From Marsupella aquatica (taxonomy: Eukaryota > Plantae > Marchantiophyta): a stretch of DNA of 64,000 nucleotides. Location of the stretch: the NCBI GenBank assembly GCA_973895155.1, contig OZ316893.1:19596857-19660856 (forward strand). The letters are read 5' to 3'. Position numbers and translations under genes: made by a program. The notes under the pieces were generated by a model that saw only the letters and a list, made by a program, of their open reading frames with translations, was not told the DNA's origin and searched no databases. Positions 12,017-25,749 of the stretch are shown here, piece after piece. Each line of letters opens with the position of its first letter. Position 1 is the first letter of the stretch.

Positions 12017-12192
12017 GTGTGGGTCTCAGTGGAGGGCTCGACTTCTGTTTTACGCACAAACATGTCACACGAGTTGAACTGTCACACCATAAGGTAGACT
12101 AACGTGTGGGTCTCAGTGGAAGGCTCGACTTCTGTTTTACGCACAAGCATGTCACACGAGTTGAACTGTCACACCATATGGTAGAATAACGT
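12017..12192. repeat. Near-perfect 87-bp tandem duplication upstream of tauD
   Basis: gtgtgggtctcagtgga.ggctcgacttctgttttacgcacaa.catgtcacacgagttgaactgtcacaccata.ggtaga starts at 12017 and 12104. Confidence 0.85.
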
Positions 12193-12699
12193 TTCTTATC
12201 GGGAAACAACTTTATTAAAAGGTGCCTAATAAAATACAATGGAGGGAAATCAAATGTGGTCATAGAAGTGAGAGGTCACAGGTTCAATCCCGGCTTGACG
12301 CGCAAGGGGTGTGGAGGGCATGCGTGTGTATGTGTGAGTGAGGTCTAGTAGTGGGAGTCCTGCTTTCTCTGTAGCCATTGGCTGGCCCGCCTTGGGGCCC
12401 TGGTTCAACCCTGTCTTCCCCCTGGTCTGGGTCCCTCTGGGATCCCTGGGTATCTTTCCCCCTTGCGGGTTAACCCTACAGTTATGCATATTTCAAGGCA
12501 GAAAAAAGCAAATGTGGTCAAGAGAGTATAAACACCAATAATTTGGAAGAAGAAGGGTAAGTACAAACCTGGAAAGCCTAGAAAGAGAAAAAAGCTAATG
12601 AGTGTAATATGCAAGTTCTTTCTTTCTCATGGCCTATTTACAAACCTTCATCATTTTAGGCCTGGCTAGTTCTTTCTTTCTCATAGAGATTTTACAAAA

Positions 12700-13880
12700 A
12701 TTATTATGGCAGGCCTGATGGATGGACTATGCCTAATTGTGATATGGATCTAAACGTGTCATTGTGCACCTTTTTCATACCCGACCCACCATTTTCCTTG
12801 TAGCTTGCACACTTCTTGAAGTTCACTTGCCAGGTTGACTCACCGACTCCCCATAGTGTCCCACTGCCTGAGCATTTCCACTCAGCATCTCCACTCAACA
12901 TCACTATCAGTGTTGTCTATAATATTGTGCAATGCAGATGCATAAGTCAAAGATAAAGATCCACATCTAATGCAAAAGTGCAATGAGGTAATGGTCTATA
13001 TACAGTGTTGTAACTAAGTTTGCAAGTGTGACATGATGTAATCTAATGGGCAGGCCTCTTCTGAGGTGCACTAGTTCTCATGGCTAGAGATCTCCAATGG
13101 ATCACTCAAGCTTGACCATGTTGCAACGTCACTAGAATCCACTGACAAAAGTGTATTGTCTAACAGATAGTGGTGATCTGATCAAACTCAACCGTGCATC
13201 AATGTCTTAAACTGCCTGTTGAAGGAGCCTATTGAGCTGATGATGGAGTCTCCAAAATTTCTTAATATAGCATGCAAGGGTAAGTTACTTGATGCATCTC
13301 AAGCTGCATATTTAATCTCTTTTGCCTATGTCCCCCATGTCAATGTTGCCCCTACCTATCCCAATGATGTCTTGATACAAAGGGTTGGCCACCACAATAT
13401 TAGCCAAGGTATGACTGTCCATTTTGTACCATGGTAAGATATCGTGCACATACACATCGCTACACAACATATATCGCGTGTCACACACATCCAAACATAC
13501 ACGCAAACACACATAAGAGAATGAGATACAAGTGAAACTTTTGTCCACACATGTCCAAAACTCACAATAATCTTCACAAAATTGAACAATGATTGTAACC
13601 AACAATACACAATCATCACAATCAATTTTATCACACACGTGTGTCAAACCCAACGCACCTTTCACTCAAGGAATTCACATTCATGTGCATACAACCTGGT
13701 TGGCAACACCATAGCCGCCAAGCCTCATACTTGGACTCTCAACATCAAAAGATGAGGCCTCCAAACCACCACAAAGGATAACAATCCCTCCAAATGTGAA
13801 CTGAACCCTGTCCGCTCATATAGCACACATATGAAAACCCTAAACTCATACAACACTCATACTCTAATAACACTCATAAT
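12700..13880 (-). mobile_element. Possible highly degenerate Copia gag/PBS relic
   Basis: A stop-ridden minus frame TWGT*AKEIKYAA*DASSNLPLHAILRNFGDSIISSIGSFNRQFKTL loosely resembles Copia gag. actctaataaca at 13861-13872 resembles the reverse complement of a Met PBS. Weak. Confidence 0.25.
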
Positions 13881-14477
13881 GGTGTGACAAAAATAAACAA
13901 GTAATCTTTTCAGTGGAGCACCAGGCAAATTTGAGCATCAGCTTTGGCGGCCTTGCATGTGCCAGAATCCTAGAGAGGATCTGATAAATAGTATCCCTTT
14001 ACAACATCATGAATAACTATTGTCTCTCCCCCTTACAACTACACTGAAGAAAATGGATCCCTCTATGATCACAAGGCTTCCTACAAGTGCAAGAAATAGG
14101 TAAACGCACAAGAAATGGATGTGGTAACCCCATGCCAAGATGCATGGCTGTCTGGATGGCTGGTTGGCTCTGAAACCAACCCAAGAGCACCCTTCCTCCT
14201 GAAGAACCAATCTGGGCTGAGTCTGCTATAGATGTCTTTGCAAGCAGGTTAGACACAGGGAGAATTTTGCCACATCTCATGGTCAGGATCCAACAGCCAC
14301 AACTGATTTTTACCATAATGCAAGTGTTTACAGGAGACGTAAGCAGGATCACTTCTTATATAGAGTGTTGTAGATATTGTGATTACTAAACATGTTGTGC
14401 TCCATAAACTAAGCAAAGACCAGTCGCCACCTCCTCTCCTGGGGTCGCCTGCAGTCAGGAGGGTTTTCACTATTCAC

Positions 14478-14825
14478 CACTCATCTAACTCAAATAAATC
14501 TGTTCTATTAACCAAATCTTCTGATATGACTTGTTTCCAGTAGCCACCAAGCCCTTATGCATGGAAACTTTTTGCTTGTTATTCAGCCACTCATCTAGAG
14601 TAGCTCACCGAAATCTGTCCTATTCACCAAATCTTCTGATAAAATTTGTTTCCACTAGCCGCTAAGCCCTTATTTAAGGAAACTTTTGCTTGCCAAAACA
14701 GACTTAGTCCCTATTCATGGAAGCGTTTGTTTGCCAAAATGAGCCCCAGTCCTTGGTGATAAAGCTTTTGCTTGTCAAAAGCAGACCCTGTATTGTCATG
14801 GAAGCTTTTGCTTGCCAAAAACACC
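14478..14825. repeat. Degenerate tandem repeat block (~110-bp unit plus repeated ggaa(a/g)ctttt(t)gcttg(c/t)caaaa motif)
   Basis: cactcatcta...aaatctgt.ctatt.accaaatcttctgata occurs twice; the gcttttgcttgccaaaa-like motif occurs about five times. Confidence 0.6.
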
Positions 14826-16256
14826 CTGGATGGGGAAGAAATCACCACCTTTAACAAGCGATGTTTCCACCTCCTCCTCAGGGAAGCCAGGGCTGTGGCC
14901 ACCACAGCAACTACTTGTCCCACACGTTGAAACGAGTGGTGTCCTGTACAGGAAATTTACGGAGTCGAATTTTTCGCCTTTCTCCTAAAACCTTTCGGTT
15001 TCCCCTTTTACTCGGATCCTTCTTTTCCTCATTTGTGGTTGTGTTGTTGCTCTCAGACCTCCTTCTGGGAAGGTCTTAATTTCCTGTCTTTTCGTCTACC
15101 GTTCATCTCATGCACTCTTACAGAACAAAAACATGGTTTAGATTATGAGATGATCGGCGGCCAAAGGATGTCTTCCCCGTGATGTGGAAGACGAAGAATC
15201 TATGCCAGGGTTTAAGTTTCATCCTGTCAAAAGCCCATAAAGCGATGAGTACATATCTGCGTGAAAACGTTTCCTCGAGGAAGACGGCAAGCTGCCGTCG
15301 TCAAATAATCAGGTGACGTTCTTCCAAAATCACCCATCCGCCCATGTGTGCGTCAGTCATATAACGAGCTGAAGATCAATCCACTTACAAAGTTCAAATC
15401 GCCCCTTCCATCTTGAGAACGTCTTGTCCACCACAATTTTGTTTCTCAGGAGCTGGGAAAGATTAATATATGCTGAAGCTTTTTCAAATCTCGTGACTCA
15501 AGGCATCACAAAGTTGCATGCCGTTCAGTGATTCCGGTGGCCTTTATAAGCTTCAAGGACAACTCTGCAATCACCAACTATATTGCTTCTCGCCTTTTCG
15601 TCTTTGAGAGAGTGCTCTGACCCTGGAAAAGCCATTGCAACTTCACATCAACTCCATGTGCCAAAACTGTCCTTTGGCGAGGATAATATGATCCATGATC
15701 CCTCAATATTCGAAGAATTCTCTTCCGTTTAGAGAAAACAATAGACACCGAGTCAATTCAAAACACCGTGTTCAGTTTGTCTGGCTGAAAGGGGCAACTT
15801 CAGCTTCACCGTGGGAACGTGTCCCTTAGTCTCTGATGCATCGGATTCAGCTGACAATGCTCTAAGCGTTCAACTGCAGCGATTCATCAATCCATTCATT
15901 TGATTCCTTAGGAGACGCATGCTCTAGGAGACAATCCCAAAATCCTTCTACAATTCATCATCTTGAGCCTCCAAACGCTCTGAAGCCATACTCAATGGTA
16001 AAGGAAGCAGGTTGGGGTAGATGGCGCACCACAACAAGGCTCATCCGCATAAGCTTTATTAAGCATCTGTTGTCCCCATTTGAACAAATACATCGGCAAA
16101 ATTGGCTGCTAACGCGATTACTGTGGCAAAGCTCATTACTTAAAAAACTGCACTGGCCTCTCAGCCCGGATGATAATAACACACCCCATACCACATAAAT
16201 AGAAAAGACTTTGATCCAGCATACATGCCATGGGAAAGAATCTAAAACTATCGGAC

Positions 16257-19200
16257 TTATTCTTTGAAGTCATCCTTGTCATCAACGGGAATAGGTTGGT
16301 TCCTCCAGTAAACAGCCAGCGCACTGCCTCCAAGCTGTACACCAGGAAAATTTTCACCAAGGTTAGATCTTATATTAATATTGTTACTAAAAATTTGCTT
16401 TTGCCCCAGATAGTCACGTTGCTTCGCCTGAAGAAATATGGCACAATTTTTCCGAGGTACACATGAACACAGAACACGAATAGATCCCACAAGGAACAGG
16501 TCCCAATTACTTACCGCCATGCAGACAACACTAACAGCAGATGGTACAGCGACTAGAGGGTTGCTGAAGTGCTTTTGAGCTAACAAAAATCCAAGAGCAG
16601 AACTCTGCACAATCCCCAATTAAAAGGCTCAGCTGTTAGCTATGGGCATCAGTATTTCAAACGTTCATAAGCAGCCTTAAGATAATTCCACCTTGGATCC
16701 GACTTCACTGTCATGTGATAGGCGGTGGTGATTTCACAGGCAAACTGGTGTGCACAAACCTGAGCCAAATTGTTTTTACTACGTCTTGAGATCTAGTAAT
16801 AGTAGTAGCAGAAAAATTTCTTTCCCAGATAAGCATAAGAGTTCTTCAAGAATTGTAACTTGCCTGCATGCCACACTCGATAGATATTGTCCGACAGGTT
16901 GTCTCGCCGAAATTGCAGAACTTAGAGAGAAAGTAGCCTAGAGCAAAAGCAGCAGCATGAAGTAGTGCTACAGGGAGAATCAGTTGCGCTCCCTGAGCAA
17001 CCAATACTTCTGAGACTTGACCAATCTGCGATTCATTGCACCCTTCTTAGGATAGAAATCGACAAAAGTACTTCAGGATTGTCTGCATAGCCATTAAGGC
17101 CATAGACCTCGCATCCTGGAGAAATAGGACGTCAACCATTTCAAACAAGGAGGCAAAAAACCGGTAAATTGACTCGGAAATACCAAGTGAATTGTGGAGC
17201 AGAGGAGAAGATGCCTGCGAAGCAATGATACTTACAGGACTTGCGCAAAGGAGGGTTGTCAGAAGAACTCCGATCAATGGAGTCACTACTATAATCTTCT
17301 CTGTAAACTTGGGAAAGTATTCATGTGCCAGGACTGCATCCATTAAGAAAAGCAGATAGTCAGAGTACAGTGTGTAGAACACCTTGCTGTAATTGATGCC
17401 ATAGCTCGATTATCTCGAAATTGGCTCCAGCACTTTCCAGATACTTCTGATCCAGAAATCATTAATCAAGAAACAGATTACGAAATTAGTTTTAAGGTTT
17501 AGAGCACCAAGAAAGCACCTCCAAGAATTGTGGGTAAAAGGACCACCTGGAAAGTACTGATCGCCAGCCCCTACACAACAATAGAAAGGATCATTACTCG
17601 TGAATTAAGGCTTTAAATGCTCAACCTCAAAATACTTTTGACATATAATACTCATGTTGTACTATCCACTTTTAACCAAGAGATATTTCTACTTCTTGGC
17701 CCAATAAAAGTGTACGACCAGAACGGAACAATCTTTATAAACCATGCTAGAATGAAATGCCTAATACTTAAACACTAGAATCCGACCATACCACTCAAAA
17801 GTTCAAGAGCTCTACAAGATTCGACACTGACCACTGCATCGACGGGAACCAGTTGTCCAGCCAGAAGTTTTGTCAAGAGTGGTGTCATAAAAATTGCACC
17901 AATGGTAGACGCACTGCAGCAAGAGAGACATCCAGAGTATGACCGCCAAGAATGTTAAACAATGACCAAATACCAGAGAATATTGTAAAAGGGAATCCTT
18001 TCCACATGGTTTGCCACATCAGTTCATTGATTCTTCGGAAAAAAGTTCTCGCAGTGTGTATGCGAAGTGAGAGGAAAACTCATACGTCGTCATGAGGACT
18101 GAAAGAGCTACATTTCCCTTGGAAATGTAAGTCGCGACATTCGAGGCTTGACCTCCTGGGCAGCATGAAACTAGGATAAGCCCTGTGGCAAGAGGTGCTG
18201 AAAGTTTCAAACCCTGCAACGAACAGCAAAGGTAAGGCCAAGACAACCACTTGAATTTCAGACAACATGAAGTCAGCATTCTCAACCTTAAGCAATTACA
18301 GATTCTGAATAAAAAAGGTGCAAAGGGTTCCCCATATAATGCGCACCCTCGTATTTCTACACAAACCCCACAAAATGACAAGCAAAAGCATGACGTGTAT
18401 ATACCAGAGCAATAAGGAAACCCAGGATGGGCTTCACACAATATTGTGCAACAAATCCAACACCAACCTGCAATAGGAGAATAGAGCAAGGGTCAGATGA
18501 ACCTGATCGAAACAGTTGAGACATAGCAATCGAAGGACTGTTAAATGTAAGCACGGTATAAGTACAAAGAATCCTACGACAAAAAGTTGATCTCAGTGCT
18601 CAGTGTGGATGCACAAATCTGAAACTTGTTTTAAAAACACACCGTCCATGGGTTTCTCAAGCATCTCCTGAAGTCGTCAAAACTCAAGGTTAGTCCCATA
18701 GACAGCATGAGGAAACCCAGAGCGACTGTGAACAGATCTGTCTGTAGCCACGTGACCTGTGGAACAAACACAATGCAAAGTTAGCAATCCAGCAATGACT
18801 TAGACAAGCTCGGAGAGTGACATACTTTAGACAGTAAGCGCAGACACACCTCCTGAGCCAAAATTGTTAACAGCATAACAAAGGTGACAGTGTCTGGAGC
18901 TTACAGCAGATGGCTTGTAGATGCCGATAACTGTTCCAAGAATGACCTGGAAGCCCACACGGAATTGAACAGTAAGGATCGTGCGGTGCCCGAACAAAAG
19001 GAAATGAGATTCGACATGGCAAAATGGGTACAAACGCCAGACGCCAAGATTGGATCACATCAATAGCATTTGTAGATGCCAACAGTATTTTCGACTCTTG
19101 GTGCCGAGTTGAAATACCCGACTATGGTAGCATGGCGATCGTGCTAGTTTGCTATAATTGGATCAAATCAATAGCAATTTGTACGTGCCAGCAGTGCTTT

Positions 19201-20913
19201 CAAAAACGTTTGGAGCAGAGTTCATATACCCGCTCCAATCCTTCCCACAAACCCAGAGAGTTGTGTAGATAGTAAATCTCACCCAAACAGGGAACAAGGT
19301 GGTAAGTAATTCTACGAATTTCTCAAAACCGGAGGATTCCTTGGGCGTGGCATCCCCTCCAGCTGGCACTTCAGCCGCGGCACTCGCGTCAGCTCTGCAC
19401 TGGAACTTCCTCCTGTGCCACAGACAGAAATCCCAACAATCCATACTTCACAGTAAATAAGTGACGCCTACAGCAATTTAAGTCGATAGCCAATCAACCA
19501 CACACATTGCCGCCACTTGAGCCATTCATGCTGAATAAGCGACACTGTCATTTTCGAGAATCTAGTGGAAACGGAAACCAGCACAAGACTTTTCCCTTTT
19601 CACCGGAATCGAATTAGCTACCGTCCACAAAATCGCCCAATTGAGCTTCCATACGGCAAAACCATTCCAATTATGTAGTTACCTGGGAGAAATGGGCAAG
19701 AGCGGAGAGAAATTGAAGTTCTTCTTCCCACCAATAACAGAGCCAGGACTGCACGATACAGCATTGGGGACGGCTCTGCTGCGCAAACCTGAAAACGAAG
19801 AACTCCATTTAGTCACCATGAGTAGAATGACAACCAAACTTTCATGTATCCCAAAATAAAGTCCACACAGCGAGTCGATCGAAATAGCACAAGTACCAAA
19901 ATCTGAATCTGGGAGCAAACGACAACTCTGCGACGCCCTGTATCAGAGAGATAGTTATATCTGGATATTACGCAGGCCCCCAAGATGTATACGGTCCCCA
20001 CAACTAAGCATTTCCAGGTTACAAAAAGGACCAGTGCACGAATGCAGGCAGTGCATAGCAGAAATAGGCATTATGCGAGTTGACATTGAATCATTGAGAC
20101 ATTCCCGACCATCGGCATATGTCTTGAGCATCAACAGTGTCGACTCATCGATAATATCCATAAAACCCTGTCCATCCAGGGATGGGAAGTCAGATTCCCA
20201 AACTATCCTCCCAGCTCCAGAGCAAGAAAGCGTACGTGACCCGCAATTAGTCTGGACTGAAAAGCCCACGTTGCACTCTGGGGCTCAATCCTGCCAGGCA
20301 CAAAAAACTCCGACCGGTGGCAGCCTTTGAGCTCTTGGTGACTTTTGAATGACCTCGCATTCGAGCCCCACGTGAGCGTTCAATAGAGTGCACTGATTTC
20401 ACCCCAATGCACATAGATTCCATACCCGTATCCTTCGCCTTCCCACATCGCCGATCCCTAAACTACACTGGCCTTGGTGGACAGACGATTCCATGAGATC
20501 AGACTAAATAAATAATGCTCCCGGCACAATCTCAATAGTGACCAAGAATTCCATCCACATACTGAAAAGCCTCCGAGACCTATCCAGCTCTTCCGACACT
20601 ACAAGAGAAACTGAAGATGTGTAGATGATGCTTAGGCCTCGCTGGCCGACCCTTGACAGAAATACGGAAGCGAGCTCCGGGGCACTTATTTATCCACAAT
20701 ACTGTAGAAGTCCTCCGACACTCGACGTCCCCAGCAGACGATGAACAGAGAGGGAAACATCATTCGATGAGACAGAGATGAGAGAAGAGAAGAGAAAGCA
20801 CCAGCTGGAAGTAGAGTGGCAATGGGATAGTTGCAACGAGTGGACCCGACGGTCCGCTGCTGCTGCTGAATGCCGAGAGCTGGAACACAAATCCGAGCTG
20901 CCATCGTTGCCAT
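16257..20913 (-). CDS. BASS2: Plastid sodium/pyruvate cotransporter BASS2 (bile acid:sodium symporter family)
   Basis: 13 exons: 20913-20802, 19788-19683, 19412-19283, 18946-18905, 18756-18643, 18467-18405, 18213-18086, 17913-17832, 17570-17519, 17333-17236, 17025-16864, 16604-16515, 16334-16257, with consistent phases. Motifs: [105 protein letters not shown] and the C-terminus DDKDDFKE. The first exons encode a transit peptide and are less certain. Confidence 0.95.
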
Positions 20914-23374
20914 GGCCCTCGTCGCTGGTATGCTATATTAGCGAAAAATTAGTGTAACAAATGCGTCCGCTCGTTGTCCTTCTGTGTCTTCTTCCCTCCG
21001 TACCCGAACGACGCACGATCAAGCTCCCTCGGACGACTTTGGTAGTAGCGGTGGATAACAACACGGCAACAATAAATCGAATCGCCGGCCCGAAGCAGAA
21101 ATCTGCAACTTAACAGTTGTACAACCCTCGCCTCGCCTGGGCACCGAATCTCATCACATCTCAAAATACCATAAAATACTTCGGCAGCTAAAAAGCAAAT
21201 AGCCTCGACTCAGCTCACCAAAAAGAAAGACGTTGCTGGTGCTGGCCAGTCGATGGATGCTGCGGCCCTCAGAGTTCTGTCACAGTGTCACAGTGTCACT
21301 CCACTTTACTACTGCCAAACTAATCCCATCGACCGCAGCGCAGACGACGGAGCAAACAGGATCGATTCTGGATGCGAGCTCCGGAATTGGACCGTGCCGG
21401 TCGAGGAGTCAGAGAGCGAGCAGAGTCCAGTGGCAGTGGCAGTAGTGTCGAGTCTAGTCTTTCCATCAGTGGACTGAAAGACTACAGGACTGCAGAAACT
21501 TTACTCTTCTGGAGTTCGGGTACCGTTCGAGAAACTCTCGTAGAAACGTACTGTACACTGAAGTAAAATGGAGACAATTGTCCGACACGAAAATAGGTCG
21601 GTGAGGCGCGCAAACACGATATATTCTGTCTGGTGGAAATATCAGACAGATATGTCTTGTTTGCGGTACTGGAGGAGCAACTACTGACTGGTTTGCGGCA
21701 AGGAAAGGCAAGCGTTATCCGTCGGGGTCCGGCGCCGATTCCGTCTTTAGTCGCTGGTGCGGACAGGAGGGGGTCTCATCCTGACCGTCTGTCTCCCACG
21801 GTTGCGGAACATCTGGCCGTCTTTTTGTCGTCCGGAAAACGGCAGTCCAGACGGCCGACGGATGTCGAAATCTCCGCCCGCTCCTCGCAAAACTCTCCAT
21901 TCTGTGATTGGCTGAAGGGGGGGTTTTGGGGGATATTTCTAAAGGGGAAATCTGGCTTGAACAAGCTCCAGAACACGCATTTGACTGTACTGAAACAGGT
22001 CAAGTCATAACCCATTATTTTTTATTTTTTATTTTTATTTTTGGTTTGTACTGAAAGAGGTCAAGGCATAACCTACATGATTAGATTCACATAACACATG
22101 GTTTGACACCAAAGTCAGAGCTGTAGGGTCAAATGCACCTGTAACCTCTAAAACCTTGAAAACTAACAAATAGGGGTTGATTTTGGAGGAATGGTTGTTA
22201 GAATTGCAGACAATCTCTAATGAGAGAACTGTATTGAGAAGGCCAAATAAGTAGAGGGGAAAGGAGCCTTGGCGGAAGATCAAGGGGATCTCCTTGGTAA
22301 CTTAAGATCTAACTGCTAAGTAGTTAACTGCAAATAATGCAATACAGACACACGACTTTCTGATCTCTGCCTAATCCTAATATGATCTATAGCTAATCAG
22401 AGTCATGATGTGTTGCCTGATTCTATTGCTACCTATATAACTTACTAGTAGCCAGTTAGTTCCGACAATGGTTTCCCACCAGTGACCCCTATCCCTAAAT
22501 TATTGGCATTTGGCCTACATTTTCACAACACCTGACCTCCATATTTGGTAGAAATGGCAGCCAGAAAAGAGACCTCTACCCTAATGTCTATTCCCATTTA
22601 AGTCAGATTCCACCACATGTCACAAAATCCTAGATATGATTGAGAACTTGAACCTAGGTATGCCAAGGCATCATTTTGGAGTGATAGAGGTCAAAAAAAG
22701 GGGTGAACTGCTGGTGACTGGACTCAACATGAGGGCTTTTGTAGTTTCTAGGCCTCTAAATGATGAGCTACATTTTTAGTTTAGAGGTCATCAGCCCCTA
22801 AACCACTGGAGATGCTCTCATATCAGGGCATCTCAATACTTGGCTGTACCAGGATTACTTTTTCAAACTCCCATCCAAGTTATGGAAGCCAATCTTTGGC
22901 TATGAGAAGGAAAGCCCACGGGGTCAACACAATCTGTGACTTTCCTTGCAACTCTTGGCACAATCCAGAAATTGGGAAAGCCAAGACTCTGAAACTCTGG
23001 AAAGCTGCAACTGAATGTACTTGGGCTTTGCGCATGATGTGGTGATGGCTGCTGCATTTGAGATGGTGGCTGATTGAGAATGAAGGGAAAATGATATGTG
23101 CTATGAGACAAAGGTGAGGCCAGAACTCCTGCCTGCCTTATGGGGTTGCTTAAGGCTACCTCCCCCATTTTTTAAATTCCCTAAGTGGGCCGTATAACCA
23201 GAGTTACATGATGGACCACAAATCCGTAACTAATCCACAAATCTGTAATTGAATTAAAATACCCCTAATGCTTTTCAACAAAAATTTTAAAGTCTTCTGC
23301 TCAATTGAATAAAAAAACCTTTAACTTATTCGCACGCAATGGGTCGGAAGAAGCGAAGCGAGGGCCTGGGTTCA

Positions 23375-23740
23375 CAACTAGTTGCAAGCCAAACCAGAGG
23401 CCACGGTGAACAAATCAAAGGATTCTCTCCAAGAATCAATATTATGATGTTCCCCCTTAGGAGTCAATGGAGTATTATCCACATAAAATTGTTGAGCTAA
23501 ATATAGCCCCGCATTTGGAGCCAACTTCTTCCAATGGCCTCATTGATAACTTCTCAGTTAAGAGACAATCCAAACCTTTGATGGCGATAATGAAGAAAAT
23601 CCCCAAGAAAAGCAAAGATATCGGGAAAGATATTGGGCGGCCTTGCCTAACTGAACAAGTAATGTTGAATGAGGCCATAGCTTGTCCATTGGTCAAAATA
23701 GCCAATGTGGAATTCAAAGTATTGGCACAAAAGAAATGAG
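23375..23740 (-). mobile_element. Degenerate LINE (L1-type) reverse transcriptase fragment
   Basis: AILTNGQAMASFNITCSVRQGRPIS (RQGxPLS motif), then after frameshifts QFYVDNTPL (degenerate YADD) and ASGLACN* (SGL-x-IN motif). Confidence 0.7.
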
Positions 23741-23777
23741 GAAGAATTTGACAAAGCCGATCCTAATATTCAGCATA

Positions 23778-24238
23778 TGGGATTTTACTAGACTACCACT
23801 CATGTTTGGAATTATGATACCTTGCCACTGATTTTTTTGTATTACAAATGAATGCCACTCTTTTAGTTTTTGGGTTACTAAAACTAGTAACGCATGTTAG
23901 TTTCCCTCACACCCAATTTCATGCACACTGCCTAGGTCTCTTTCAAGGTGACTTTGACCATCCTCAGGAGGACACGGACAAACTTTAAGGCTATGCATAG
24001 GGACAGGCTAACATTGGACAGAGGCCATGTGTTGGACTGGACCACTTTACCCACCCCTCGATCAACTGAGGGCTGCTTGATTACAAAAGCAGGTGTGATG
24101 ATAGTCATTGGACGTGAAGGAGCTAATTAACCTAGGTTAGTTTTCTTAAATAACAAACAAAACCATTGTAATAAATAGAAAAAATCAGTGGCAAGGTACA
24201 TGCTACGCCAACAAAGAGTGGTACTCTAATAAATCCTA
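23778..24238. mobile_element. MITE/foldback-like element with long imperfect terminal inverted repeats
   Basis: Left arm ggattttactagactaccactc...accttgccactgattttttt..tattaca pairs with the right arm tgtaata...aaaaaatcagtggcaaggt...gagtggtactctaataaatcc. Similarity extends about 150 bp per arm. Confidence 0.6.
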
Positions 24239-25533
24239 GATTTATGAAACTACTAAAATTGCCATTTATTTTGTTGCATTATTGATATGTAACTTTTATG
24301 AGCTTGGGGCTATTTTGAGTGGTTGTTGTTGCAACCTTGGATGGACTTGCAATTCTGTCTCCTGGTTTGTGTTCTTTTTGTGCCTCATTGGCTAGCCACA
24401 ATGGTCCCTGCAATACATTGGGCGCTTTGTCATCTTTATCTTGTCCCGCCTACTTGTTTTGCTTGTCTTGTTGCTCATACACTATCACTGCTCATTGTTC
24501 TTGTCCACAAATAAATTGTGCTTGAAATGTGCAAGAAAATGAAAGGTGAATTCAAATTTTAATTAATTTTTTTGTTGATTTTATGGGGATAGCTCTCATC
24601 AAAGGGAATAAAATCACTACCAACTGATTAAGTATTAATAAAGTTATGATCATATTTGATTTTTGATTTCATCTTCCATCTCCCAACTTCCTGCCCATTT
24701 TAGCAATGATATGTTTTGGCAAGCTTCGAAGACCATGTCCATTAATACATGACAAAATTCAATTTCCTTGACTGTTTTGGAAAGCTGTTGTCTGGGCAAG
24801 TTAGATTGATCTCAGGCATTGCTGAAATGATATATGGAGAAGCAATATTTTCTATTTTAATAGCATTTTCCTTATCAAAAACAGTTCAATTGGCCCTAAT
24901 TATATTGCTGTGTGAGATGTTTTCGATTTTTTGCATACCCTTAGCATGCCAGACCTATTATTTGCCCCTATAGCTTATCTCAAAAGTTTTCAGTTATGCC
25001 CAGCCCATTCTATCATGAACCAAAAACATGGGACATTATTCTATCCCCCCCTTCAGCTAGTGCAAAAGACAAAAAAACCTTAAGAAATTGCATCCACCTT
25101 GGAAGGCTCTAACGTCAAGATATGCCATGCTTGGAAGGCTCTACTTCAAAATATGCCATGCAAGCCGATTGGGAAGCCCAAATTTTCCTTGCAGCTGATT
25201 ATTTGCAAAGATGTGTTGATGGAAGATGAGCACGAACTAAGATTGCACCCAAAATGATCACTTTGTACAGGTTGTATTTGTTCTTGTTCATAAAATTTGA
25301 CCAAACACAACCAAAATTGCAAACCAGAAAGAAACGTTTAATCACCGTCAGTTGCACTTTTGTCGAGCAGAGAATTGTTAAGAATGAAAATTTGAATTAG
25401 CGCTATCACTGTGCTCTGCAATTTTGTAAACTCACAACGAATGAGAGTGGAATGTCCCAGGGTGACAATTGAGAATGGAAATCTTCTCTTATTGTAGTCC
25501 AGGATCTGTTTCTCATTTGTAATGTGATCTATC

Positions 25534-25535
<2 letters not shown>

Positions 25536-25607
<72 letters not shown>
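25536..25607. repeat. (GA)36 microsatellite
   Basis: Uninterrupted GA dinucleotide run. Confidence 0.97.
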
Positions 25608-25609
<2 letters not shown>

Positions 25610-25749
25610 TGTCACTCCATCAACAACGGCATGAAGATAATGTTGTGCATCAATTCCCACAAATTCACGGACGAGAGGATTTGTGGATGCAACAGATGAA
25701 CTGTTGTTTCTTCACAATAGCACAACATATCTCTTTAGTTTTGTGAGAG

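Noticed and set aside
871-20913. psbY-ERV1-tauD-BASS2 as a functional gene cluster
   Set aside because: The genes act in unrelated pathways and compartments, and nothing in the sequence suggests co-regulation beyond adjacency.
25534-25746. MRERERE... ORF
   Set aside because: Artefact of the (GA)n microsatellite.
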